Shown: piece after piece, positions 1 through 13,084 of the stretch
How positions within the stretch are numbered: the stretch's first letter is position 1
Layout: every line of letters begins with the position of its first letter
Assembly: GCA_964016885.1 (NCBI GenBank)
Contig: OZ024754.1
Coordinates: forward strand, 6,634,001-6,698,000
Direction: 5' to 3'
DNA length: 64,000 nucleotides
Source: Eledone cirrhosa
Taxonomy: Eukaryota
Position numbers and translations under genes: made by a program
The notes under the pieces: model-generated
What the model was told of the DNA's origin: nothing
Database searches by the model: none
Seen by the model: the letters and a program-made list of their open reading frames with translations, nothing else

Positions 1-132
1 AATAGCCGTCGAAACGGCTTGAGCTCTGCCATCGGGGTCATACTTTTTCCTATTACCCACTCTACTACCCTAAGTATTGAGTACTCTGGTGCGTTATGGT
101 CCATCTGGTTCCTTACCACAATTCCTTTGTTA
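1..132 (+). mobile_element. HHR element family A, 3' part (helix II 3' strand, GAAA, helix III, tail) ending in (TA)n
   Basis: aatagccgtcGAAAcggc-ttgagctct-gccaTCggggt, then tail ...ggttccttaccacaattcctttgttata. Matches the complete copies at 36791-36886 and 37585-37680. Confidence 0.7.
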
Positions 133-430
133 TATATATATATAGTCTTTCCTCACTTTAAAAAAAATCTTCACACACAGGCATTGCACGATAGCGTTAA
201 TTGATAATTATTAATAATGGTATATCGTGCAATGGCCATACTCGATAAGGAGGGGGTAGTCATCATCATGTATGTGTGTATGTGTGTATGTATGTATGTA
301 TGTATGTATGTATGTATGTATGCACAGTCTTTCCTCACTTTAAAAAATATCTTCACGCACAGGCATTGCAAGATAGAATTAATTAATAATTATTAATAAT
401 TAATAATTATTAATAATAATAATAATAGGG

Positions 431-621
431 ACGGTGGATTGGCAGTATCGGTAGAGGGTCGGACGCTATGCTTTCCAGCATAGTTACGTCCCTTTACGAT
501 CTGAGTTCAAATCCCGCCGAGGTTGACTTTGCCTTTCATCCTTACGGGGTCGATAAAATAAAGTACCAGTAATGCACTGGGTGATTGGTGGCCTTGTGCC
601 TAAAGTAGAAACAATTATTAA
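431..621 (+). mobile_element. tRNA-derived SINE with Meta/Sauria-like core
   Basis: A-box-like tggcagtatcgg, B-box gagttcaaatccc, core gactttgcctttcatccttacggggtcgataaaataaagtaccag, (AAT)n tail. Many copies in the window. Confidence 0.85.
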
Positions 622-1026
622 TAATAGTATATCGTGCAATGGCCATACTCGATAACGAGGAGGCAGCCATCATCATGTGGCAGCCATCATCAGGGGGTTA
701 ACAAGAACAGTGTGAGTTAAACATAGTTGATCGTTAATTCTTCTTTACTACGAGGTTCAGCTGAACTGCTATTGTTCACGTGCGTGTTATATACGGTACA
801 CTGAGAAATTGTGGATATAATTATTCAAATTAGGATGAAAGAAAATATTGTGATTAGAAAATTCAATATTGTATGAATATATATATAATTAGGAGAAAAA
901 CAAAACAAAACAAACTAATATTTTATCGAATGTTTTGGAGTTCTGAAGATTTAATATAATATTTGGGGTGAGGTGGATACACTGGAAGAGGAAGACCGAG
1001 CTTAACATATATATATATATATATAT

Positions 1027-1157
1027 AACGAAGGAAATGTGGTAAGGAACCAAGTGGACCATAACGCACCAGAGTACTCAATACTATGCGTAGTTGAGTG
1101 GGTAATAGGAAAAGAGTCAGGACCCCGACGGCTGAGCTCCGGCCATTTCGACAGCTA
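1027..1157 (-). mobile_element. HHR element family A, 3' fragment
   Basis: Reverse complement of the 1-132 sequence, abutting (TA)n. Confidence 0.65.
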
Positions 1158-2097
1158 TGAGAGAGAGAGAGACATATGTAACTACAAGTAACAAAACAAA
1201 AGAACTTGAACTCACTCACGTGGATCAACTGTTAGTCACTTCTACTTTAGTCTGGTTACAGTTGAAAAGAAGAGGGTTGGATGACTGACTAAACCTTTAG
1301 ATATAAGATTAAGAATGGCAACTTGGTTTTAATATTTGGAGTAGGTATGTTCTAATAGCAAAATGTAATTAAAGGTTTCAAATTGTGATCACATGGGGTT
1401 TTGTAAAGGACTTCATTTGATATTACTAATAAACAAATATGGCGGTGAGTTAGTAGAGTTGGAGAGCCTGCTTTGAATTCAGATCTCGCTGAGTCAACTT
1501 TACCTTCCAATCTTAAGTAAAGTACAAGTCCAGTACATGTGTCGATTCTTCTTTTTCAATTTCTTTCTGTCTGCCTGTATTTGTGTGTGTCTTTCTACCT
1601 ATCTATCTATGTATCTACTTCTGTCTGCCTATCTATCTGTCAACCTGTCTATCTGTCAGCCTGCCTATCTGTCAGCATGCCTATCTGTCTACATCTGTCT
1701 ATCTATCTACATCTGTCTATCTATCTACATCTGCCTATCTATCTACATCTGTCTATTTACTTCTGTCTCCAAGGGAATCTGTAGCAATCAGACCTGGTCA
1801 GGGATAGGCTCCTTCAGGTATAAATGCACTCCCCCAAATCTATCATGAGTTGAGGGTGCAAGACAAACTTTGTTACAAATGTATAAAATCTATTTTCTAC
1901 TAATGGTAGGAAAGGTAACTCGATTAAATCGACCTCAGTACTCGAATGGTATTTTTTTTTTATATTCGTGAGATTTCAATCAGAATTTCAATCAGAATTT
2001 CAATTTGAAATCCTAAGATAAACAGACGACTTAATGTCGCCAAGCTTTTTCTACGATGTTTTAACGATTCCATCACTTTAATGCGATTTCTAATAAT

Positions 2098-2280
2098 CAT
2101 TTCGACTTTAGACACAGGGCCAGCAATTTGACGGGGGAGGGGAAGTCAATTAAGTCTAAGTCGGACAAATGAAAGGCAAAGCTAACCTCGGCGGGATTTG
2201 AACTCAGAACGTAAAGGGACATAACTATACGCTGCAAAGTATGGTGTCCGACGCTCAACAGATATTTATTATCCACCACC
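2098..2280 (-). mobile_element. tRNA-derived SINE, diverged
   Basis: tgaaaggcaaagctaacctcggcgggatttgaactcag is the reverse complement of the SINE B-box and core. Confidence 0.7.
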
Positions 2281-2876
2281 CATAATGTATTTTCTAATAA
2301 AAGAAGTGTGTTACTAATATACTAGTACATTAAAAAACGAGCCGCCTAAAATTACTATAATTTTGCCTAATCTCAATACATAACGAAAAACATTTGGAAA
2401 TATTCCATTGGTGGGAATTATCACCAAGGTTTGAAGGAAAGGAATCATATCTATGAGAAATGAGGGTTTAAACTGATTATCCAAGCATCCACTTTACATA
2501 AACGGGATTCTATTGGGACGTGGTTTTCAGCTCAACGTATCATTTGGAATGTAAAAAGCAGCTAGGGAGAAAGAAGCCGAGATTAAAAGAATTACTGTGG
2601 CTTATGTACATAATTTACTGTTGGAGTTTCTCGTTCTAATGTGAAGATATTAATTTCATTAATTTGGCATCTCATCTGAAACAGCATTCTTTAGAATATA
2701 TTGCAGATAACATATAAATATATAGATTCAGTCTTTTACATAAATATGCACAAACACAAACACTGACACGCAAATATATATATATATATATATTCAGGTT
2801 TGAGGTTGACCACTGGATAGAGCTGGTCAATTCCGTGTGGTCAATCGCAATGTAATAATATAGAGAGTACTGAGGA

Positions 2877-2934
2877 ATACCTGATGATATCACCGGATTC
2901 ATACGGAAACCGGTCATTGAAATGATCATAGTAT
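2877..2934 (+). ncRNA. Type I hammerhead ribozyme motif (family B)
   Basis: atac-CTGATGA-[ccgg/ccgg stem]-GAAA-tgatca-TA-gtat, inside a ~200-bp insert between (TA)n tracts. Homologous copy at 17433-17490 (-). Confidence 0.65.
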
Positions 2935-2984
2935 AATAAACCTTTCAAGGATTTACACAAATCCAGCCTCCTGTCATTTCAATA

Positions 2985-3018
<34 letters not shown>

Positions 3019-3037
3019 ACTATATATATGTGCAAAA

Positions 3038-3283
3038 GTGACACAGAGGAGACTGAGGTTGGCTGGACATGCTCACCGACATCCAGAGTTGACATTGCAC
3101 TCAGTTCTCCTTTGGGAGCCCCTACATGGACACACTAGAAAAGGAAGACCAAGGTTAACATATGTTGATGCCCTAAGGACAGACACTGGTCTGTTGGAGA
3201 TGCAGGATATGGCAGCAATAATGAGGGACAGAGACCGCTGGAGAGAACTCGTCCATGGATCTCGGGAATTTTACCCGCCTTAG
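3038..3283 (+). mobile_element. 5'-truncated RTE/RTE-X-like LINE, ORF C-terminus
   Basis: RRLRLAGHAHRH..LLWEPLHG..RKGRPRLTYVDAL..DTG..MRDRDRWR resembles RTE-clade C-termini. Flanked by the direct repeat atatatgtgcaa (candidate TSD). Confidence 0.75.
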
Positions 3284-3728
3284 AGAGATATATGTGCAAG
3301 GCCTTTCCCCACTTAAAAAACCTTCAAAACACAGGCATTGCTTGTTCAGGATCTGTTACAGGTTCGTGTGGCTGGCCGTAAACTAAAAGTGGACCATTTT
3401 CTGTAATCTAACACGCGATTGCAATACTCTTAGCAGAATTTGCAACCATCATATATATATATATATAAGTTCAGACAATTAAATGTGCAATTAACAGTCT
3501 TCTCTGTCTTGTATATATATATATATATGCAAAAATAAACATGGTAAACACAGAGGTGCAAAAACAAAGTCTTCCCTTTATCAGGAAAAACCGAAGTCCG
3601 TAGAGAGAGGATGTTAGAAGGTTGAGAGAAAATATATATAATATAAAGTGTTGCATGCTCGTGTCTGTGTGTATGTAAGTATATATATATATATATATAT
3701 ATTATACCATGTATATGCATGCATGAGC

Positions 3729-3857
<129 letters not shown>

Positions 3858-4522
3858 GGGGGAAGGGGCTAGCCTTAAATAAGTGATACTTCCTTTTACT
3901 GCTAGAAGGAAGCTGATGAGGGGATTACGACGCTACAGTTCTTTACTCATTTTGCGTTATTTTATATTTTCTAATTCTCCATGCCAATGCGTATGCTCCA
4001 TCTCTCTCGTATGTATGTGAGTGTATGTGTGTTTCTGTATATTTGTGTTTGTAAGTATCGGCAAGAAAGAAGAAAAAGCGTTACTTTGAAATTAAACAAT
4101 CCCAGGTAATATTTCCTTTTGTCTTTAGTTGCACAGACAATCCTTTATCACTCTACAATCTTCACTCAACTTTTCCCTTGACCCTAAAGTTTCGTGGGGG
4201 GTCACTGTTTATGCAGCGTTCCTTTGACATATACAGCTAAGCGATGCCTATCCCTAGCCGTCGAAAATGTAGCTTACCTAAAATACCTAAGTAAAAACCA
4301 TGCCAACTCCTACCGTCAATCAAATAAAGGATCCTTTACACGTTTGCTGAATATGTTATTACAGCTAACATCCAAATCTTAAAGAGTAAAATATTTGGGA
4401 TTATAGAAACGAAACAAAAGGAGTCAATTGTCAGATCAGACCAAGGAAATAATGTTTCTCTTGGTCTCCACATTGCTGATACTATCTGTCGGTTGATATT
4501 ATCTGTCAGTCGCAACTCTTGA

Positions 4523-4742
4523 CCCTTTAGCATTTAAACCCGCCATATCCGGCCAGAATTCTCTCACCTCTTTCTGTTCAAACCAGCTGTAACTGGCTGC
4601 TCATACCCACATTAAGGTATTGTTCTCAAAATAAATAACAACAAAATCTCATAGATTCGATATTATGTGAGGTAATTATGTAAGATAAAGCCTTTACTGT
4701 GAAAATACAATAGTGTATATAGAGTAATGTAAATGCTAAAGG
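4523..4742. mobile_element. piggyBac-like MITE
   Basis: TIRs ccctttagcattta / taaatgctaaagg flanked by ttga and ttaa (TTAA-type target). Confidence 0.55.
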
Positions 4743-4887
4743 TTAAGGTACTTCAGGACAATTCTTAATTATCTTGATAGGCATTATGACCCAGAATGGA
4801 CCAACAGTTCTGTTGTTGTTGTCGTTCTTGTTCTTCTTCTTCACTCACCTCTCACTTATTCCTGAGATGGTCGTAAATGCTAAAGGG

Positions 4888-5151
4888 TGTAGCGACTAGC
4901 GCCACCTTGCCGGGGAGAAAAACCTAATTGGAGTTACTTCCCGTTGAATTCTAGAAGATTCCTTGAACTTCCGGTCTAGGGACTATAAAGGAGGGAGAAA
5001 AGAGACATCTTGGCTTATTTGGCGACGGCTCACGGACAGTTCATTCACGAGCGAGTTTGTTAACCTTATTATATCTGTATCAAATTAAATTAGTGGTTGG
5101 CCTGCAGTGACGTTTACCAAAGTAAATAACCCTGTGACCAACTTCACTAAA
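4888..5151 (+). mobile_element. Solo LTR (Gypsy-like)
   Basis: Starts TGTAGCGA, ends tcactaaa (about TCACTACA), 4-bp TSD aggg on both sides, TATAAA at ~4984. Removing it restores gtaaatgctaaagggttaa. Confidence 0.6.
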
Positions 5152-5949
5152 AGGGTTAAAGAGAAAAACTAGTTCACATTGTGAATAATAACTTATCGTC
5201 TTAGCAAACAAAATAGTGAAGTCATAGATCCACATAGTCTGAAAATAGAACACTTGGTGGGCATATCTGGAACTCCTTTGACAATCATAGAGCTGTTGGA
5301 TCGGGACTAGTCAGAGGATAAACAACAACGGCAAAATTAAAACAAAAACAAACTAAAAACAACTAGCAAACTACCCTGCCAATATGTCAGACAAATATAA
5401 GACAACAACGACATTCCATAAACAAATAAACAATACAAATTTAACTTTCATTAATGGCGTTTAACGATACGTTCGTATATTTGCTCACGAATAGGCTAAC
5501 TCATAAAAAAATGGCTGAGAGTGTGTTGAAAATCTCGGCTAATATGCTATTTTTCCTTCCCGGAATATAGACAATATCTATATCCGCTTCCTACCACTCT
5601 AAGCATGGCCACTGCTAAACATGAATGACTTGACATTAAGTCAGTAAACAAGTATGCCAAGCGTTTTACAATCAAATCTGAAGGAAATGCTATATTCAAA
5701 CAATGCTGTTACTTCTCTCCCTTACCATTCCACTGTCTGTTTGCATATATATGAGTATATATGTATGTATGCATGTATTTATTTATATATATATATATGT
5801 ACATACACATGCATATAAATATGTATATATATATATATTTATATATATCTACATATATATATAAATAAATATATATAAATATATATACACATATATATAC
5901 ACATAGAATGTCAGCCTCACACGTATATATCACGTATATATATATCATC

Positions 5950-5980
<31 letters not shown>

Positions 5981-6931
5981 TGTATGTATGTATGTATGTT
6001 CTTCTGGTTTTATAATTTCACAAAGTTTTACCAATAGAGAGAGAGTCGGTTTCTAACATAGACACAAGACTCTCTCATTGGAATTTACACAACATCAACT
6101 ACGTAGATATGTATGTCTGCATGCATGTGTAGATATGGATGTTATTGTATGTGTATGTTTTGAGTTGTATGTGTGCATGTGTATATGCTTTGAATCTGTA
6201 TATGTGTATATGCAGTTATTAGATGCAAAACTATTGGAATGTCTTACATATTTTTTACTGTTCCATTAATGGATTGTACTTGTAATTTCCTAACTAGTTG
6301 TGTTCTTACTGTTCCTGTGAAGCCTAGCTTCTCAAGATTTGTATGTATGTATGGGAGAGATGACCCCTTAGCCTTTGTCAAGGCAGAATTCTAGGAGAAG
6401 GAAAACTCTGATATAACACCTGCAACCCTGATGGTATCCAATGATGTTGACTTGTTCTTCTTTTTGGTAAATATCATCTTGGTTAAGAGAGTGGGACTGG
6501 CTTTGTGCAGTGCCTCTGCTCACAATAAAAGCTTCACGGCACAGGCATTGCTTTATATCTGGAGATCTCTCTGCACTTGTCGTCACATGGTACCATGGGC
6601 CCAGCACTATGTCTCAATAATTGTCACAAGTGTAGAGTTTGTACCAGAGTTTTCAAGTCGCTGGCTGGACTAAAAAGTCACACTCGTTCAGCGCATCGGT
6701 AGGGGTTCTCCTACATGGATATAAAGTGGTGGCCGTACTCGAAAACGAGTTGGCAGCCACCTTGTATGTTTGTATGTGTGTGTGTTCCAGTAGGTGTTTA
6801 GCACAACATCGTGTTTCAACATTCAAATATTAAAACATTAACTGAATGAGCACTCAATACGTGCTAGCAGAGTGTAGATTATATTTTATGATGAGGAAAG
6901 AAGCAATGGCTTCCAAGTTTCAGCTTGGCTG

Positions 6932-7652
6932 CTACACACACACATAAACATATGTATACGCAAACATATATGCATATATATGTATACATACATATACGGA
7001 CACACACACACATATATGCATACATACATATACCCAAATATATATACATATAGGGACACACACACGCACACATATATATACATACATATACGGACACACA
7101 CTCATATGTATACATACAAATACGGACACACACACGCACACACATATATATATACATACATATACGGACACACACACATATGTATACATACATATACGGA
7201 CACACACACACATGTATACATACATATACGGACACACACACACGCACACATATATATACATACATATACGGAGACACACACATATGTATACGGACACACA
7301 CATATACGCATACACACACACACACACACACACGCATATATATATATACGCATACATACACACACATACATATACACGCATACATATATACACACGTGTG
7401 TGTGTGTATGTGTGTGAGTCTATGTACACACATGTACATATATACGTACACACACAGATATATATGTATATATATGTGTGTGTGTGTGTGTGTCTACACA
7501 CATGCACACACACATATATATATATATACGCATACATACACACACATACATATATACGCATACATATATACACATATATGTGTGTGTGTATGTGTGTGTG
7601 TGTGTCTATGTACACACATGCACATATATACACACACACACACATATATATG

Positions 7653-7699
<47 letters not shown>

Positions 7700-7740
7700 A
7701 CACACATAGATATGTGTGCATGTGTAACAGACACACATAC
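6932..7740. repeat. Compound (CA/TA/TG)n microsatellite with short tacggacaca units
   Basis: Direct reading. Confidence 0.9.
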
Positions 7741-8114
7741 GCTCATAAATTAGATCTTAATTTAATCAACGATTAAAATTATCACGAGAGTATTCGATAA
7801 ACAATTTAAGATTACGATTCTGTCTTTGAAAGCAATAGATAATACGTGTTATGCAATACGACGTTCCTGCTTTGACGCCATCTTAAATTTCACTCGACTG
7901 GTCGTATCTTCCATGATATCTCGTTGTGTGTGACGAAAGTACATGACATGACAGCGTAAACGCTATTTCACGGGTATATTAGATATCCCTCTGATTAGCA
8001 CCTTAGACAAGTATCCCTTCCACTATATCTTACAGATCACGAATCCCTTTGTGAAGTGAATTTGGTCAACACACCACTGTTCAACAATCAGTCTTCTCTC
8101 TCTATCTCTCTCTC

Positions 8115-8219
<105 letters not shown>

Positions 8220-8264
8220 TGAAGTTAGATTTAGCACGGAAAATATATTTAAGGGTCTGTTTTT

Positions 8265-8310
<46 letters not shown>

Positions 8311-8316
<6 letters not shown>

Positions 8317-11300
8317 GTCAAAGATGTACATCCATATATGTATACTGAAATACTAGTATGTATATGAATACACACACGTATACATATGTAGATGTACCAA
8401 GTTTTTTTTCACTGATCACTTTACTGTGAGTGGCCAGCTATTCTGTATGTAAACACACAGACAAACCGGTTTTTAGAGTCATACTGGTTTTTGAGGAAAC
8501 ACCTTTCCTCTATTCTCCAGAAAGCCAGACAAGGAATATTGAACTAGTTTCGTTGTTGTTACAACTCATCAGCAATATTTACCTATCTTCCGGCCTCTCT
8601 AGAGAATCGTAAAAGCACATATCGCTATATGCTTTTTCTATGAAAATTAGTAGTGGGCAGACCAACTTGCATAGAGTGTGAGTAAGTACCGGTTCAACGG
8701 AGACGATAAAAACAAATAACGAAACGAAATTAAATTTCGTTTCGTTTGTAACTCACTTTTGTATGACTGACGCTCAAACAATTAAGTCAAAGATGTACAT
8801 CCATATATGTATACTGAAATACTAGTATGTATATGAATACACACACGTATACATATGTAGATGTACCAAGTTTTTTTTCACTGATCACTTTACTGTGAGT
8901 GGCCAGCTATTCTGTATGTAAACACACAGACAAACCGGTTTTTAGAGTCATACTGGTTTTTGAGGAAACACCTTTCCTCTATTCTCCAGAAAGCCAGACA
9001 AGGAATATTGAACTAGTTTCGTTGTTGTTACAACTCATCAGCAATATTTACCTATCTTCCGGCCTCTCTAGAGAATCGTAAAAGCACATATCGCTATATG
9101 CTTTTTCTATGAAAATTAGTAGTGGGCAGACCAACTTGCATAGAGTGTGAGTAAGTACCGGTTCAACGGAGACGATAAAAACAAATAACGAAACGAAATT
9201 AAATTTCGTTTCGTTTGTAACTCACTTTTGTATGACTGACGCTCAAACAATTAAGTCAAAGATGTACATCCATATATGTATACTGAAATACTAGTATGTA
9301 TATGAATACACACACGTATACATATGTAGATGTACCAAGTTTTTTTTTCACTGATCACTTTACTGTGAGTGGCCAGCTATTCTGTATGTAAACACACAGA
9401 CAAACCGGTTTTTAGAGTCATACTGGTTTTTGAGGAAACACCTTTCCTCTATTCTCCAGAAAGCCAGACAAGGAATATTGAACTAGTTTCGTTGTTGTTA
9501 CAACTCATCAGCAATATTTACCTATCTTCCGGCCTCTCTAGAGAATCGTAAAAGCACATATCGCTATATGCTTTTTCTATGAAAATTAGTAGTGGGCAGA
9601 CCAACTTGCATAGAGTGTGAGTAAGTACCGGTTCAACGGAGACGATAAAAACAAATAACGAAACGAAATTAAATTTCGTTTCGTTTGTAACTCACTTTTG
9701 TATGACTGACGCTCAAACAATTAAGTCAAAGATGTACATCCATATATGTATACTGAAATACTAGTATGTATATGAATACACACACGTATACATATGTAGA
9801 TGTACCAAGTTTTTTTTCACTGATCACTTTACTGTGAGTGGCCAGCTATTCTGTATGTAAACACACAGACAAACCGGTTTTTAGAGTCATACTGGTTTTT
9901 GAGGAAACACCTTTCCTCTATTCTCCAGAAAGCCAGACAAGGAATATTGAACTAGTTTCGTTGTTGTTACAACTCATCAGCAATATTTACCTATCTTCCG
10001 GCCTCTCTAGAGAATCGTAAAAGCACATATCGCTATATGCTTTTTCTATGAAAATTAGTAGTGGGCAGACCAACTTGCATAGAGTGTGAGTAAGTACCGG
10101 TTCAACGGAGACGATAAAAACAAATAACGAAACGAAATTAAATTTCGTTTCGTTTGTAACTCACTTTTGTATGACTGACGCTCAAACAATTAAGTCAAAG
10201 ATGTACATCCATATATGTATACTGAAATACTAGTATGTATATGAATACACACACGTATACATATGTAGATGTACCAAGTTTTTTTTTTCACTGATCACTT
10301 TACTGTGAGTGGCCAGCTATTCTGTATGTAAACACACAGACAAACCGGTTTTTAGAGTCATACTGGTTTTTGAGGAAACACCTTTCCTCTATTCTCCAGA
10401 AAGCCAGACAAGGAATATTGAACTAGTTTCGTTGTTGTTACAACTCATCAGCAATATTTACCTATCTTCCGGCCTCTCTAGAGAATCGTAAAAGCACATA
10501 TCGCTATATGCTTTTTCTATGAAAATTAGTAGTGGGCAGACCAACTTGCATAGAGTGTGAGTAAGTACCGGTTCAACGGAGACGATAAAAACAAATAACG
10601 AAACGAAATTAAATTTCGTTTCGTTTGTAACTCACTTTTGTATGACTGACGCTCAAACAATTAAGTCAAAGATGTACATCCATATATGTATACTGAAATA
10701 CTAGTATGTATATGAATACACACACGTATACATATGTAGATGTACCAAGTTTTTTTTTCACTGATCACTTTACTGTGAGTGGCCAGCTATTCTGTATGTA
10801 AACACACAGACAAACCGGTTTTTAGAGTCATACTGGTTTTTGAGGAAACACCTTTCCTCTATTCTCCAGAAAGCCAGACAAGGAATATTGAACTAGTTTC
10901 GTTGTTGTTACAACTCATCAGCAATATTTACCTATCTTCCGGCCTCTCTAGAGAATCGTAAAAGCACATATCGCTATATGCTTTTTCTATGAAAATTAGT
11001 AGTGGGCAGACCAACTTGCATAGAGTGTGAGTAAGTACCGGTTCAACGGAGACGATAAAAACAAATAACGAAACGAAATTAAATTTCGTTTCGTTTGTAA
11101 CTCACTTTTGTATGACTGACGCTCAAACAATTAAGTCAAAGATGTACATCCATATATGTATACTGAAATACTAGTATGTATATGAATACACACACGTATA
11201 CATATGTAGATGTACCAAGTTTTTTTTCACTGATCACTTTACTGTGAGTGGCCAGCTATTCTGTATGTAAACACACAGACAAACCGGTTTTTAGAGTCAT

Positions 11301-13084
11301 ACTGGTTTTTGAGGAAACACCTTTCCTCTATTCTCCAGAAAGCCAGACAAGGAATATTGAACTAGTTTCGTTGTTGTTACAACTCATCAGCAATATTTAC
11401 CTATCTTCCGGCCTCTCTAGAGAATCGTAAAAGCACATATCGCTATATGCTTTTTCTATGAAAATTAGTAGTGGGCAGACCAACTTGCATAGAGTGTGAG
11501 TAAGTACCGGTTCAACGGAGACGATAAAAACAAATAACGAAACGAAATTAAATTTCGTTTCGTTTGTAACTCACTTTTGTATGACTGACGCTCAAACAAT
11601 TAAGTCAAAGATGTACATCCATATATGTATACTGAAATACTAGTATGTATATGAATACACACACGTATACATATGTAGATGTACCAAGTTTTTTTTCACT
11701 GATCACTTTACTGTGAGTGGCCAGCTATTCTGTATGTAAACACACAGACAAACCGGTTTTTAGAGTCATACTGGTTTTTGAGGAAACACCTTTCCTCTAT
11801 TCTCCAGAAAGCCAGACAAGGAATATTGAACTAGTTTCGTTGTTGTTACAACTCATCAGCAATATTTACCTATCTTCCGGCCTCTCTAGAGAATCGTAAA
11901 AGCACATATCGCTATATGCTTTTTCTATGAAAATTAGTAGTGGGCAGACCAACTTGCATAGAGTGTGAGTAAGTACCGGTTCAACGGAGACGATAAAAAC
12001 AAATAACGAAACGAAATTAAATTTCGTTTCGTTTGTAACTCACTTTTGTATGACTGACGCTCAAACAATTAAGTCAAAGATGTACATCCATATATGTATA
12101 CTGAAATACTAGTATGTATATGAATACACACACGTATACATATGTAGATGTACCAAGTTTTTTTTCACTGATCACTTTACTGTGAGTGGCCAGCTATTCT
12201 GTATGTAAACACACAGACAAACCGGTTTTTAGAGTCATACTGGTTTTTGAGGAAACACCTTTCCTCTATTCTCCAGAAAGCCAGACAAGGAATATTGAAC
12301 TAGTTTCGTTGTTGTTACAACTCATCAGCAATATTTACCTATCTTCCGGCCTCTCTAGAGAATCGTAAAAGCACATATCGCTATATGCTTTTTCTATGAA
12401 AATTAGTAGTGGGCAGACCAACTTGCATAGAGTGTGAGTAAGTACCGGTTCAACGGAGACGATAAAAACAAATAACGAAACGAAATTAAATTTCGTTTCG
12501 TTTGTAACTCACTTTTGTATGACTGACGCTCAAACAATTAAGTCAAAGATGTACATCCATATATGTATACTGAAATACTAGTATGTATATGAATACACAC
12601 ACGTATACATATGTAGATGTACCAAGTTTTTTTTCACTGATCACTTTACTGTGAGTGGCCAGCTATTCTGTATGTAAACACACAGACAAACCGGTTTTTA
12701 GAGTCATACTGGTTTTTGAGGAAACACCTTTCCTCTATTCTCCAGAAAGCCAGACAAGGAATATTGAACTAGTTTCGTTGTTGTTACAACTCATCAGCAA
12801 TATTTACCTATCTTCCGGCCTCTCTAGAGAATCGTAAAAGCACATATCGCTATATGCTTTTTCTATGAAAATTAGTAGTGGGCAGACCAACTTGCATAGA
12901 GTGTGAGTAAGTACCGGTTCAACGGAGACGATAAAAACAAATAACGAAACGAAATTAAATTTCGTTTCGTTTGTAACTCACTTTTGTATGACTGACGCTC
13001 AAACAATTAAGTCAAAGATGTACATCCATATATGTATACTGAAATACTAGTATGTATATGAATACACACACGTATACATATGTA
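8311..13084 (-). mobile_element. Left arm of 469-bp HHR tandem array (~10.2 monomers), retrozyme / non-autonomous PLE-like
   Basis: Identical ORF-track hits every 469-471 bp. The only differences I saw are in one T-run. One HHR per unit on the minus strand. Starts at a (TA)n tract. Confidence 0.9.
8535..8579 (-). ncRNA. Minimal type I hammerhead ribozyme (first of 10 in left arm)
   Basis: Minus strand: aatattg-CTGATGA-gttgt(aaca)acaac-GAAA-ctag-TT-caatatt. Confidence 0.85.

Noticed and set aside
431-520. tRNA genes at SINE heads
   Set aside because: A and B boxes continue into the SINE core and tail, with no closed cloverleaf.
3910-3960. Isolated CTGATGA (also CTGAAGA at ~943 and CTGATAA at ~3577 on minus)
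   Set aside because: No properly placed GAAA, NUH or helix I partner.
8430-8612. 60-aa ORF repeated 18 times
   Set aside because: GTG start, no recognisable domain, antisense to the ribozyme. Recurrence only reflects the tandem unit.
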